A stretch of 64,000 bases of DNA from Polyangiaceae bacterium (GTDB lineage: Bacteria; Myxococcota_A; Polyangia; Polyangiales; Polyangiaceae), in assembly GCA_044376115.1 (NCBI GenBank), contig JBILLK010000013.1:1-64000 (forward strand). Reading direction: 5' to 3'. Position numbers and translations under genes: made by a program. Below the pieces are notes generated by a model that worked only from the letters and a program-made list of their open reading frames with translations, was not told the DNA's origin and did not search any database. Shown in pieces: positions 49,882 through 58,880 of the stretch (positions within the stretch are counted from its first letter, which is position 1; the number at the start of each line of letters is the position of its first letter).

Positions 49882-50342
49882 GCCCATCTCCGCTGCCAAG
49901 CCGACTGCGCCCGCGCCGCCGAGCGCGCCGAGCTATTTGCGAGGCCTTTGCGCGCCTCACTCTTCCTTGATGTCGCTGCTCCACCACCGCAGGCAATGGC
50001 CAAGCACGAGGCGGTGGCGACGACGCACAGGGGTACAGCCCACGGGGGCATCATTCCGGTCAGCACGCGACCGAATAGAGCATGGACGCAGCCTCTCGAG
50101 AGCAACGGTCGCTCAGCACGTGGTCCCTGGCCGTCGGCGCCGCAATGGACTACGCCTGTGAGGTGCTCCGTGCTCACGCCAACCCTCCCCGGACGAAGCT
50201 CGCAAGCGGGTCTTCACGTTTCGAGTTTCAACGCCCCGAAGTAAGCCGGGCGAGCGCGGTGAACGGCCCTCCGATGCGCAGCGCTAGTGCAGACCGCCTA
50301 CTCGATGGGGATGCCGTTCATCGGGCGCTCCCTGCTGGAGGC

Positions 50343-51542
50343 ATGAGCGTCCGCGCGACCCTCTCTTGGCTGGTCGCGTTGGCGGCCTGCGGGGCGGACG
50401 TGGTCGTCGAGCCCGCGGGTGGTGCGGGTGGTGCGGGTGGTGCGGGTGGTGCCGCAGGCGCCACGACGCAAGGGGGCGCACCCACGCAAGGCGGGGGCGC
50501 GCAAGGCGGCAGCGGCGGGGGAGCGGGCTCCGAGCCCACGACCGGCGGCGCAGGCGGTGTGGGTGGTGCGCCCTTCCCCGCTTGCGAGGCGCTGGTCGAG
50601 ACGGGCGCGCCGGTTGCGATACCGGACGTGAAGTCCGGCTGGATCGCGCGAGTTGGTGAGGGCGTCGGCGCGGTCGTGAAGGTCCATCCGGGCAGCGAGC
50701 TGCGCTCGACGCTCGTCGACGCCTTCGGTGCCTGGCCGCCAAGCTTCAGCGAGCCGGTGGTCCATGGGAACGGGCAGAGTTCTTTCCACTGGAGCTTCCG
50801 TGACGACGGGGCCTTCCGTTTCCGTGACGACTCAAGCTACCCCCCGATCGGGTGGCGGGTCGGGCGGGTGGGTGTGCCGGGCTTGTTGCATCCGGTAGAC
50901 GGAGTCCCGCTCTTCGAACCGTCACCGAGCGAGACGGTGTGGTGGTCCACCGGTCCCGAGCTCCTCGAGTTTGCGAGCGTCGAGGCCGAGGTGGCGCTCG
51001 GCACCTACCCTCCCCTGGCGTCATGGAACCACCACACGGTCGGGAGCGACGGGTTGGGTCGGGCCGTCGTGTTCACCCCGGATGGCCTCGCGGCGCTCGA
51101 GGGCGGAGCCCTCACGCCCCTGGGACCGAAGCCCAGCCTGGTCGAATGGAGGAGCTTCTTGCTCCCGCACCCGGAGGGCGTGTGGATCGTGGGGCCTACG
51201 GAGGACAACCTGCTCGAGATCACCTCGCTGGTCGATGGGGTCTTGTCCGGGTCGTATCGACCCTTCGGCGACGCGCCGATCGAACGTGTTGGGGAGTTCG
51301 CGGCCGCTCCGTGGGCCGACGAGACCATCGCCATCGCGACGCGGTTCGCTTCGGGCGGCTCGGTGGTGGCCGTGACCAACGGTGTGGACCGCACCACCAC
51401 GCTGGAGCTGCCGCCTCGTTCATCGTTCGTCTTGCCGGTAACGCTTGCGACCGATCCGGGCAACCATCTGGTCGTGGGGTACAGCTCGGCGTCCGAGATC
51501 AGTTATCGGGTCCATCGGTTCGGGTGCGTCGGACCCGAGTGA
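50343..51542 (+). CDS. Hypothetical Gly-rich lipoprotein (paralog of 48331-49428)
   Basis: LAAC lipobox, GGA repeats and motifs shared with the 48331 gene. Confidence 0.75.
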   Translation: MSVRATLSWLVALAACGADVVVEPAGGAGGAGGAGGAAGATTQGGAPTQGGGAQGGSGGGAGSEPTTGGAGGVGGAPFPACEALVETGAPVAIPDVKSGWIARVGEGVGAVVKVHPGSELRSTLVDAFGAWPPSFSEPVVHGNGQSSFHWSFRDDGAFRFRDDSSYPPIGWRVGRVGVPGLLHPVDGVPLFEPSPSETVWWSTGPELLEFASVEAEVALGTYPPLASWNHHTVGSDGLGRAVVFTPDGLAALEGGALTPLGPKPSLVEWRSFLLPHPEGVWIVGPTEDNLLEITSLVDGVLSGSYRPFGDAPIERVGEFAAAPWADETIAIATRFASGGSVVAVTNGVDRTTTLELPPRSSFVLPVTLATDPGNHLVVGYSSASEISYRVHRFGCVGPE

Positions 51543-51711
51543 CCCGGGCCCGGACCCAGTGCCGACTTGAGCGGATGAGTCTGCGCCGAAGCCAACTTCA
51601 GGTAGGTGTCCCGCGGAACAAGCCGTGGGCGTGGCTTCACGAACGCGGGGTTCGCGCGAACGCGACCGGCGAGGGCTGCGGAACCTGGAGGGAGTGGGCT
51701 ACGCTCGCGCG

Positions 51712-53583
51712 ATGGGAGCCATAGGGCCCGAGAGCGATCCCATGGTTCGCGAGATGAGAGAGCACCTCGAGCGCTTCGCGCTGGCCGCGCGGGGCGACGT
51801 GCGCCGCGAGCTCGAGTCGATGTATCTGCTGGCGCTCGAGCGAGAGAAGCTGGCCGCCATCGGCTACGGCGGAGCGGGGATCCAGACGCGCGTGCGAGGG
51901 CTGGGTGCGGACGAAGAGGTGCGTTCGCTCGTCGCACACGCGCTGCGCTGGGCCGCCGAGGACGAGCGGTCTCACGCAGTCTTGGCGCGCGGCCTCCTCG
52001 TTCGGACGGGACGGCTATTCATGGTGTTGGCGACGCTCGCGGCGTACGTCGGGGGTCTCGTCGCGGGCTGGTCGGCTGCGGTGCTCCATCACACGACGTT
52101 CCGGCGAGCGCCCGTATCGCATGTGCTCGCGCGCCTCGCCGTCGTGTTCGGGCGTCTCGGGGGCAAGGTGCCTGAGACGGCGGCGGCGGCGCTCAAACAC
52201 CAGACGTTCGCGAGCTTCTGCCGCTTCCAGGTCGGGGCGGAGAAGACGGCCGTGCTCTCCTGGGATCACATCGGCGCGCTCCTCGAGCGGCTGCCCGGCG
52301 GCGAACGCCTCAGCCTCACGGCGCGCCGCATCGCGGACGACGAGCACAAGCATGAGCGTTTTCTCGGCGTCCTGCTCGAGGCGTTCGATGACGAGGATAA
52401 GCTTCGGGAGGGCCACGATGCACAGAGCCTGCGCGCCGCGCTCGCGCAGGTCGATGCCTCCTTCATACCGGGACAGAAGCGCGTGACCCAACGGACGAAC
52501 GTGGGTGGTGGCGGAGTCGTTCACGTTCGCCAGAGTGACGCGGCGTCGCAGGGGGATCCGGCAGCCCTGCGTGCGCTGCTCGAGGAGACGCTCGGTGCGA
52601 CCCAGCTCGAAGCGCTGCTCTCGCTTCGCCCGGCTGCGCGGATCGCCATCAAGACCACGTTCATGACAGCCTACGACCGGAGCGACCCAAGCTCCCACGT
52701 TGACGTGTGCCTCGCCGACGCGCTGGCGCGTTGGCTAAAACAACGCGGGGCCTCCGACGTCGCATATCTCGAAGCGCCCAACCACTATGATCTCTTCTTT
52801 CGCGGGCGAAGCGTGGCCGAGGTCGCGCGTTATGTGGGGTTCGAGAGTGAGGCCTACCGCGTCGTCGACACATCGACCGATCAAGTCCCGTTCACGTTTC
52901 GGCGTGGGACCGCGCAGGACACCGTCAGCGCGGCCTGGCGCGACGCCGATGTCCGCATCGTGTTCGCGAAGATGCGAAGTCACCCGAGCATGCTCGTTCA
53001 TCTCACGACGCATGCCGTGGAGTCGCTCGGTCGACGCATCGACGAGCTGCTCTTCCATGATCGCCAGGCGGATCTCGAAGCGGGCGCGATGATGATGCTG
53101 GACGCCCTCCCGCCGGCGCTCGTGCTCCTCGACGCGACCCACCACGTACCGGACGGTCTCACGGGAATCCTCGGAGATCCCACGCCGAGCCACCCGGGTC
53201 GCATCTATGCCTCGGAGGATCCGCTCGCGCTCGATCTTGTCGCTGCGCGACACATGGGGATCCATCGGTTCCCAGCGGAGCACGCGCTCTCCATCGCCTT
53301 CGATTGGTTCGACGATCCGGCGCGAGAAATCCTCGTCGATGGCCCCGACACAAGGATCCCCGGGTTCAAGAGCCCGCACCGCAACGACGCTACGGTCTTG
53401 ATGAGCGCGCTCGCCTATCCGGTCTACGCCTTCAGTGGAGATCGCGGCAACCTCTGGGTGCCACGCATGGATCCCGAGGCCTTCCCGCTGCGACGTCGAC
53501 CAACGCTGAGCGAACGCTTGATCCGTCCGCTCCTGCGTTGGCTCTTCGGTTTCGGCGTTCCGCCGCGCGGGGCTCGAGCATGA
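51712..53583 (+). CDS. Ferritin-like di-iron domain fused to DUF362-like domain
   Basis: ALERE...DERSH...GAE...DEHKH (two ExxH). The C-terminal half has IAIK, FAKMRSH, LLDA and IYASEDPLALD. Confidence 0.7.
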   Translation: MGAIGPESDPMVREMREHLERFALAARGDVRRELESMYLLALEREKLAAIGYGGAGIQTRVRGLGADEEVRSLVAHALRWAAEDERSHAVLARGLLVRTGRLFMVLATLAAYVGGLVAGWSAAVLHHTTFRRAPVSHVLARLAVVFGRLGGKVPETAAAALKHQTFASFCRFQVGAEKTAVLSWDHIGALLERLPGGERLSLTARRIADDEHKHERFLGVLLEAFDDEDKLREGHDAQSLRAALAQVDASFIPGQKRVTQRTNVGGGGVVHVRQSDAASQGDPAALRALLEETLGATQLEALLSLRPAARIAIKTTFMTAYDRSDPSSHVDVCLADALARWLKQRGASDVAYLEAPNHYDLFFRGRSVAEVARYVGFESEAYRVVDTSTDQVPFTFRRGTAQDTVSAAWRDADVRIVFAKMRSHPSMLVHLTTHAVESLGRRIDELLFHDRQADLEAGAMMMLDALPPALVLLDATHHVPDGLTGILGDPTPSHPGRIYASEDPLALDLVAARHMGIHRFPAEHALSIAFDWFDDPAREILVDGPDTRIPGFKSPHRNDATVLMSALAYPVYAFSGDRGNLWVPRMDPEAFPLRRRPTLSERLIRPLLRWLFGFGVPPRGARA

Positions 53584-54989
53584 GCGACGCGATCGTCATT
53601 GGTGGTGGCGTTGGGGGCTTGGCGGCCGCGATCGTGATGGCCGAGCGAGGTGCGTCCGTAACGGTGTGCGAGGCGAGCCCGTTCTTCGGCGGTCTCGCGT
53701 CGGCGCTCGAGGCCGGTGGGACCACGTTCGATGGCGGCCCGTACATCCTCCTCGACCCGGTGGGGCTCGCGTGGGCGTTCGATGCGCTGGGCCTCGACCT
53801 CGATGCGCTCGAGCTTCGACGCGTGCACGACGTCTACGAAGTCGAGCGCGAGGGCGGGCCAGCGCTGCGGATCACCTCCGACGTCGAGCAGACGGCGCGC
53901 GGGCTCGAGGAGGCCTATCGTGGTCAGGGGGACGCTTACCGTCGCTTCATCGAGCACTCCACGCGGATCCACACCGCGCTCACCCCGCTCCAGACCGCAC
54001 CGCGTCCCAGCCCGTGGTCGCTCCTTCGCTCGGGCGCCATCCGCCACGCGCCGTTTCTTCTGCGCTCGCTCCGGACCGTGCTTGCAAACGCAGGGTTTCG
54101 GCCGGAGGTCGCCGACGCGCTCGGGATCTTCACGCACGTCGCCGGTCAGCCGCTCGCCGGTGCGCCGAGTCCGATCGCGCTGGTCCCAGCGATGATCAGC
54201 GGGCCGGGTTGCTTCGTTCCACGCTTGGGTGTGGCGACGATCCCCGACCGTGTACGCGCCCGCGCCGAGGAGCTTGGGGTCTCCCTGCGCGCGTCCGCCC
54301 GCGTCACGCGCATTCTTTGTGATGCTCGCGGTGTGACGGGTGTCGAGCTCGCCTCTGGGGAGCAACTCGCGTCGAAGGTGGTGGTGAGCGATGCGAGCGG
54401 CGTCGCGACGTTGCTCAAGCTGGCGCCCGCACCGAACAGCGTGCGCAAGCGCGTCGCCGCGTTGCCGCTCCAATCACCGGGTGTGGCCGCCTACCTGCTC
54501 GCCAACGAACGTCCGAGCGGACCGTATCTGCGCTTTCGGCTCGATGCCGCGGATCGCGATGCGCCGTGCAGACTGCTCGTGCGGCCCGGCACGCTCGACG
54601 CTCCGCCGACGGCGCTCCACGCAAGACAGGTCCGCGTGGTTGCGCCGCTGGCGCAGGCGACGGCGGAGCGGCTCGAAGCGTCGCAGCAGGATGCGCTCTT
54701 GGACCAGATCCTCGCCGAGCCCTGGACGCGCGCACGCGTCGGCGCGTTCGAAGAGGCGGCGCGCCTCACCCCCGCGCGCTGGGGCCGAAGACACACGCTC
54801 CACCGCAACAGCATGAACCCCGTGATGACCGCCCAGCTCATGCGACGTGGTCGCCTCCCTCACGTGATCGACACGCCGCGAGGCCTGTTCCTCGTTGGCA
54901 GTTCGACCCATCCAGGCCAGTGGGTGAGCTTCTGCCTCATCTCCGGTGTGCTCGGAGCACGCGAGGTCCTGCGCAGCTGGGGCCGCTGA
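53580..54989 (+). CDS. Phytoene desaturase (CrtI)-like FAD-dependent oxidoreductase
   Basis: AIVIGGGVGGLAAA, TFDGGP, P.LGV..I, VTGVEL..GE and GLFLVGSSTHPG..V...ISG. ATGA overlap with the upstream gene. Confidence 0.85.
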   Translation: MSDAIVIGGGVGGLAAAIVMAERGASVTVCEASPFFGGLASALEAGGTTFDGGPYILLDPVGLAWAFDALGLDLDALELRRVHDVYEVEREGGPALRITSDVEQTARGLEEAYRGQGDAYRRFIEHSTRIHTALTPLQTAPRPSPWSLLRSGAIRHAPFLLRSLRTVLANAGFRPEVADALGIFTHVAGQPLAGAPSPIALVPAMISGPGCFVPRLGVATIPDRVRARAEELGVSLRASARVTRILCDARGVTGVELASGEQLASKVVVSDASGVATLLKLAPAPNSVRKRVAALPLQSPGVAAYLLANERPSGPYLRFRLDAADRDAPCRLLVRPGTLDAPPTALHARQVRVVAPLAQATAERLEASQQDALLDQILAEPWTRARVGAFEEAARLTPARWGRRHTLHRNSMNPVMTAQLMRRGRLPHVIDTPRGLFLVGSSTHPGQWVSFCLISGVLGAREVLRSWGR

Positions 54990-55034
54990 CGGAACGGAGG
55001 TCGTCTGCCGAGCCGTTCCCTCTCGCGCTCGCTA

Positions 55035-55295
55035 CCTGCCCGCCCATTGTGGCGGAGATAACCTATCTCAGGTCGAATGGGCGCGTCGCTCGCGGTACCA
55101 GCTCCGTCCGGTCCGCACAGCGCTCGCTGCACCAGCCAATACGCGCGCAAAACACGAGTACGTCGGCGGCGTGCATCGGACCTTCGCCACCGAGCCACAT
55201 GCGGACCTGCCCATTGTGCCGGAGATACTCCATCTCAGGCACAATCGGCGGCCAGGCTCCGAGCGCCAGCGCGTCGCGCAGCCGCGCAGACCCAC
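55035..55295 (+). mobile_element. Two-palindrome element (family 2; REPIN/MITE-like), copy 1
   Basis: 41-bp palindromes at 55042-55082 and 55209-55249 (GCCCATTGTG..GAGATA....ATCTCAGG...AAT.GGC), 167 bp apart. Homologous in inverted orientation to 63655-63910. Confidence 0.7.
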
Positions 55296-55299
55296 GAAT

Positions 55300-55602
55300 G
55301 GCTCAATCCCCGGCCGCATGCGACACGTCGCCCGCTGTCACCGCGAGACTCGGCGATATGTCGCGCCCGCCGGCTCACTGCCCGCCTCCGTGCGACACAT
55401 CGCCCGCTGTCACCGCGAGACTCGGCGATATGTCGCGCCCGCCGGCTCACTGCCTGCCTCCGTGCGACACATCGCCCGCTGTCACCGTGAGACTCGGCGA
55501 TATGTCGCGACCAACGGCTCGATGCCCGCTGCCTAGCGGCTCGATGCCCGCCTTCGTGCGACACATCGCCCGCTGTCACCGTGAGACTCGGCGATATGTC
55601 GC
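55300..55602 (+). repeat. REP-like array, 4 copies, 72/72/94-bp periods (locus H)
   Basis: Hairpins at 55319, 55391, 55463 and 55557. Confidence 0.95.
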
Positions 55603-55634
55603 GCCCGGCGGCTCGCTTACCTCGGGTCGCGGTC

Positions 55635-56186
55635 TCACTTCATGCGGGCCGCGAAGAACGCATCGACGTCCCGCTCGACCGACCTCGACGTAAGGTGCGT
55701 GGCTTGTCCGCCGTCGAACACCTTGACCTGGAGGCACTCGTAGCAGATCAGCAGATCGATCGAATTGCCTGGCTTCCGCACGGTGATGCCGTGGCGCGGG
55801 TTGAAGCACGCCGCCAACAAATTGCTGGCCTCATCGAGACCTTTGCGCACATGCGCAAGTAACTCTTCACTCGCTGCGGCGCCCTCGACCTCAACTTGCT
55901 CAAGGATGCGGTAGCCGTGGAATTCCGCGGGCAGCGCGTTGACGCTGCTGCCGGGCGGGCGCGGTATGGGGTCGAGCCTGTAGAGCCGCAACGCCGTCGC
56001 GCCGCTCAGCGCATCGCGTAGCCAGGGCTCGAGCGCGTGCGTAAGCGAGGGCGCTGGCGCGGGCGCGAGCCCTGGCTCGGCTGAGCCCGGTTCTTCGCCT
56101 GCGTCCTTGTCTTTCGAGGAGCCGCACGCGCACGCGAGGAGCGCGCTGGTGGCTGCGGTCAGGAGGGGGCGGCGTCGCAAGTGCAT
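55635..56186 (-). CDS. Hypothetical lipoprotein
   Basis: LLACAC signal and conserved-looking FHGY.IL, AACFNPRHGI, DLLICYECLQ. Confidence 0.75.
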   Translation of the reverse strand: MHLRRRPLLTAATSALLACACGSSKDKDAGEEPGSAEPGLAPAPAPSLTHALEPWLRDALSGATALRLYRLDPIPRPPGSSVNALPAEFHGYRILEQVEVEGAAASEELLAHVRKGLDEASNLLAACFNPRHGITVRKPGNSIDLLICYECLQVKVFDGGQATHLTSRSVERDVDAFFAARMK

Positions 56187-56341
56187 GGCTCGCCTATACA
56201 CGAGCCAGCGACCGGCCCCGTCGCGATGCCGTCGGATGACGCCAAGAAAGCGATCGAGAACGCGGCGGCGGGGGCCCCGCGCTCCTCGTGGGACTGGTGC
56301 CGGAGGCGCTTATCACAACCGGCACCAAGACGCCGTTGAGC

Positions 56342-56815
56342 TCATTGGACAGCGAACACGCGATGGATGACGCCACCGTCGCCGGTGCGGGACTTGGTTA
56401 CGCAAACGAGCGTGTTGAGCCAGTCGTATCTCGCGTCGCCGACTTCGAAGCGCGGGCTGGCGCGGAAGTAGTAGCGCGACGCCCCGAGTGGATCATCGGC
56501 CTTGGCAAAGTCCATGGCGTAGGCTTGGTCGTCGGGCGCAAAACGCATCACCCCATGCCAGTGGACATACAGCAGCGCGCCATCATCGGTCTTGAGCGTC
56601 ATCCGGACGTCCAGTGCCCCCGACCCGTCCGGCCTGACGCGTGCCCAGTCGGCGCCCGAGTTGGGCACAATCTCTCCCGAAAGCCGAGGACCTTCGAACC
56701 GCCCACCAATCACCGGCACGATCATGCGGAAGCCTTCGGGTGTGGCTCCGATGTTCTGCGGTTCGGCGAGCTTCACGCGCGCCTCAAAGAGAAACTCCGT
56801 TTCGATTTCAGACAT
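56342..56815 (-). CDS. DUF3237 domain protein
   Basis: IGATPEG.R...V.GGRFEGPRLSG, GADW, LDVR..LKTDDGALLY, YYFR.SP.FE and YDWLN. Confidence 0.9.
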   Translation of the reverse strand: MSEIETEFLFEARVKLAEPQNIGATPEGFRMIVPVIGGRFEGPRLSGEIVPNSGADWARVRPDGSGALDVRMTLKTDDGALLYVHWHGVMRFAPDDQAYAMDFAKADDPLGASRYYFRASPRFEVGDARYDWLNTLVCVTKSRTGDGGVIHRVFAVQ

Positions 56816-56869
56816 GGCTACTCCACTCGGCACCATCGGCCGGACTAGGGTTGAAGAACGTGGTTGCGG

Positions 56870-57430
56870 TTAACGTCGGATAGCGCGCAGCTCAGATGGC
56901 GACCGGTGATAGAGGTCCGCAAAAGCGGCGTTCATCCGGCGACTGCTCGAGAAACCGGCTCGCATCGCGATCTGCGCGATGGACAGCTCCGTGTCCTGCA
57001 GTAGACATTTTGCGCGCTGAACGCGGAGCGTCTTGGCCACTTGCAGTGGCGAGGCACCGAGGTGTTGTTGGAACAGGCGCGACACATGACGCGCGCTGAC
57101 GCCTAGTCGATCCGCTAAGGCCTCCAGGCCATCGCGGTCCAGCGCTCCCTCGTCGATGAGCCGCAACGCGCGCTCGACCGTGGCGCCGCTGCCCTTCCAA
57201 GCGGGGCAGAATGGAGCGGTCTCCGGCCGACACCGAAGGCACGGCCGAAACCCCGCCTGCTCAGCGGCTGCCGCGGTCGGATAGAAGAGGACATTCTCTC
57301 GCCTTGGCATGCGTGCTTTGCAGACCGGCCGGCAATAGATGCCGGTCGTCTTCACGGCGATGAAGAACCGACCGTCGAAGGACCGGTCTCGCCGTTGCAT
57401 CGCTGCCTCGCAGGTTTGCTCGTCGAGCAT
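56870..57430 (-). CDS. adaA: Ada Zn-binding domain + AraC HTH (AdaA-like methylphosphotriester alkyltransferase/regulator)
   Basis: RDRSFDGRFF.AVKTTGIYCRPVC...GFRPCLRCRP, followed by an AraC HTH. Confidence 0.9.
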   Translation of the reverse strand: MLDEQTCEAAMQRRDRSFDGRFFIAVKTTGIYCRPVCKARMPRRENVLFYPTAAAAEQAGFRPCLRCRPETAPFCPAWKGSGATVERALRLIDEGALDRDGLEALADRLGVSARHVSRLFQQHLGASPLQVAKTLRVQRAKCLLQDTELSIAQIAMRAGFSSSRRMNAAFADLYHRSPSELRAIRR

Positions 57431-57569
57431 GGGCTGAAGATAGTGCGCTTCCTCGCAGCTGCGAGCGCGCCGAGGGGATCACGTCCGAATACGACCGCCT
57501 TCGCGCTGCGATGCGTCCTCTGAGCGCGACGGCGTGTGATTCCTGCGCCGATCGAGTAACGATTCTTCG

Positions 57570-58179
57570 ATGGAACTCGCACGCATCCTGGACGGCGACC
57601 CCGACGCGACACTTCGGCTCGCGGCTCGTGACGTTTCGACGTGGCAGACATTGTTGGAGCACCTTGCGCTCGTGCGCGGCACGGCGGCGGGGCGTCCGCT
57701 GCTCGATGCGTGGCTCGCGGTCGCGCGCCTCGAGGTCTGGCGCTCCCACGCGTTCGACGCGGCCTCGCGGATGCAGTCCGAGGTCTTCGCCACCACCAAG
57801 TCTGCGCTCAAGGGCTACGACCGCTGGATCGAGGCGGGCACGGCGAGCTTGCCACCGAATCACCCGGCTGCGCTTTGCGCGCGTCTCGCGTCGCTCGCAC
57901 ACCCGAGCGATCCGTTCGACCCGGAGCGCCCGTCGAAGCTGCTCGATCTCGAAGCCGACCTGCAAGCGGCCGACTTGCCCGCGATGCTCGCCGAGACCTT
58001 GCTCCTGCGCGCGAAGGACGCCGACCCCGACGCGCGCCTCACGTTGGCGGATCGGGCGGAGCGAGCCTTCGAGGCCTTGGCCGATGCGCCGTCAATCCTG
58101 CGCGCACGGCAAGAGCGCGCCATGGCGCTGAACCTGCTCGGTCGGCTCGACGAGGGCCACGCGATTCTCGAGGCGCTCC
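57570..58179 (+). pseudogene. Truncated helical/TPR-like protein gene
   Basis: Plausible protein up to ..ALNLLGRLDEGHAILEALR. After that the frame turns into Arg-rich shadow sequence of the cyanophycinase. Confidence 0.55.
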
Positions 58180-58824
58180 GTCGCCGATCGCCTCGCGAAG
58201 GCCGAGGCGATCTTCATGGCCGGCGGCGACCAAGCGACCTACGTCACGCGCTGGAAGGGCACCCGCGTCGAGTCGGAGCTCGAGGCGGCGGCCGCGCGCG
58301 GCGCCGTGATCGGCGGCACCAGCGCCGGCTGCGCGGTCCTCGGACAGTTCGCCTTCTCGGCCATCAACGACACCGTCTACTCCGACGAGGCCCTGGAGGA
58401 TCCGTACAACACGTACATGACGATGGAGCAGGACTTCCTCGACTTCCCCCTGCTCGCCGGCGTCATCACCGACACGCACTTCGCCGAGCGCGACCGCATG
58501 GGTCGCCTCGTCGCGTTCGTCGCGCGGCCCATCGCCGACGGCTGGGCCTCGAGCGTCGTCGGCGTGGGAGTCGACGAGGAGACCGCGCTCTTCGTCGACG
58601 CCTCCGGCGAGGGCACCGTGCTCGGCAACGGCGCGGTCTACGTCGTCCGCTCGAACGGCGCGCCTGCCTCCTGCGTCGAGGGCCAGCCCCTCGTCTACGA
58701 GGACCTCGAGCTCGTCGAGCTGCGCGCGGGTGACACCGTCACGCTGCCCGGCGGCGCGAGCGACGTCCCGGCGACGACGCTGTCGGCGAGCGGAGGGGTG
58801 ACGATCCCGGCGAACCCGTACTGA
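58180..58824 (+). pseudogene. Cyanophycinase-like (peptidase S51) gene, N-terminally truncated
   Basis: VADRLAKAEAIFMAGGDQ, GGTSAG, DTHF.ERDRMGRL and GVGVDEETA are present. The N-terminal part and start codon are missing. Confidence 0.8.
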
Positions 58825-58880
58825 GGCGCGCGGAGCACCCACGACGACCAGCCCCTGTCCGCAGAACGATGACGAGCCGG

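Noticed and set aside
20958..55602. Repeat arrays as CRISPR arrays
   Set aside because: Spacers within a locus are near-identical or share a motif, arrays have at most 4 units, they are dispersed over 8 loci, and no cas gene is present.
57570..58733. 387-aa ORF as a single gene
   Set aside because: The C-terminal half is an Arg-rich shadow frame of the cyanophycinase fragment.
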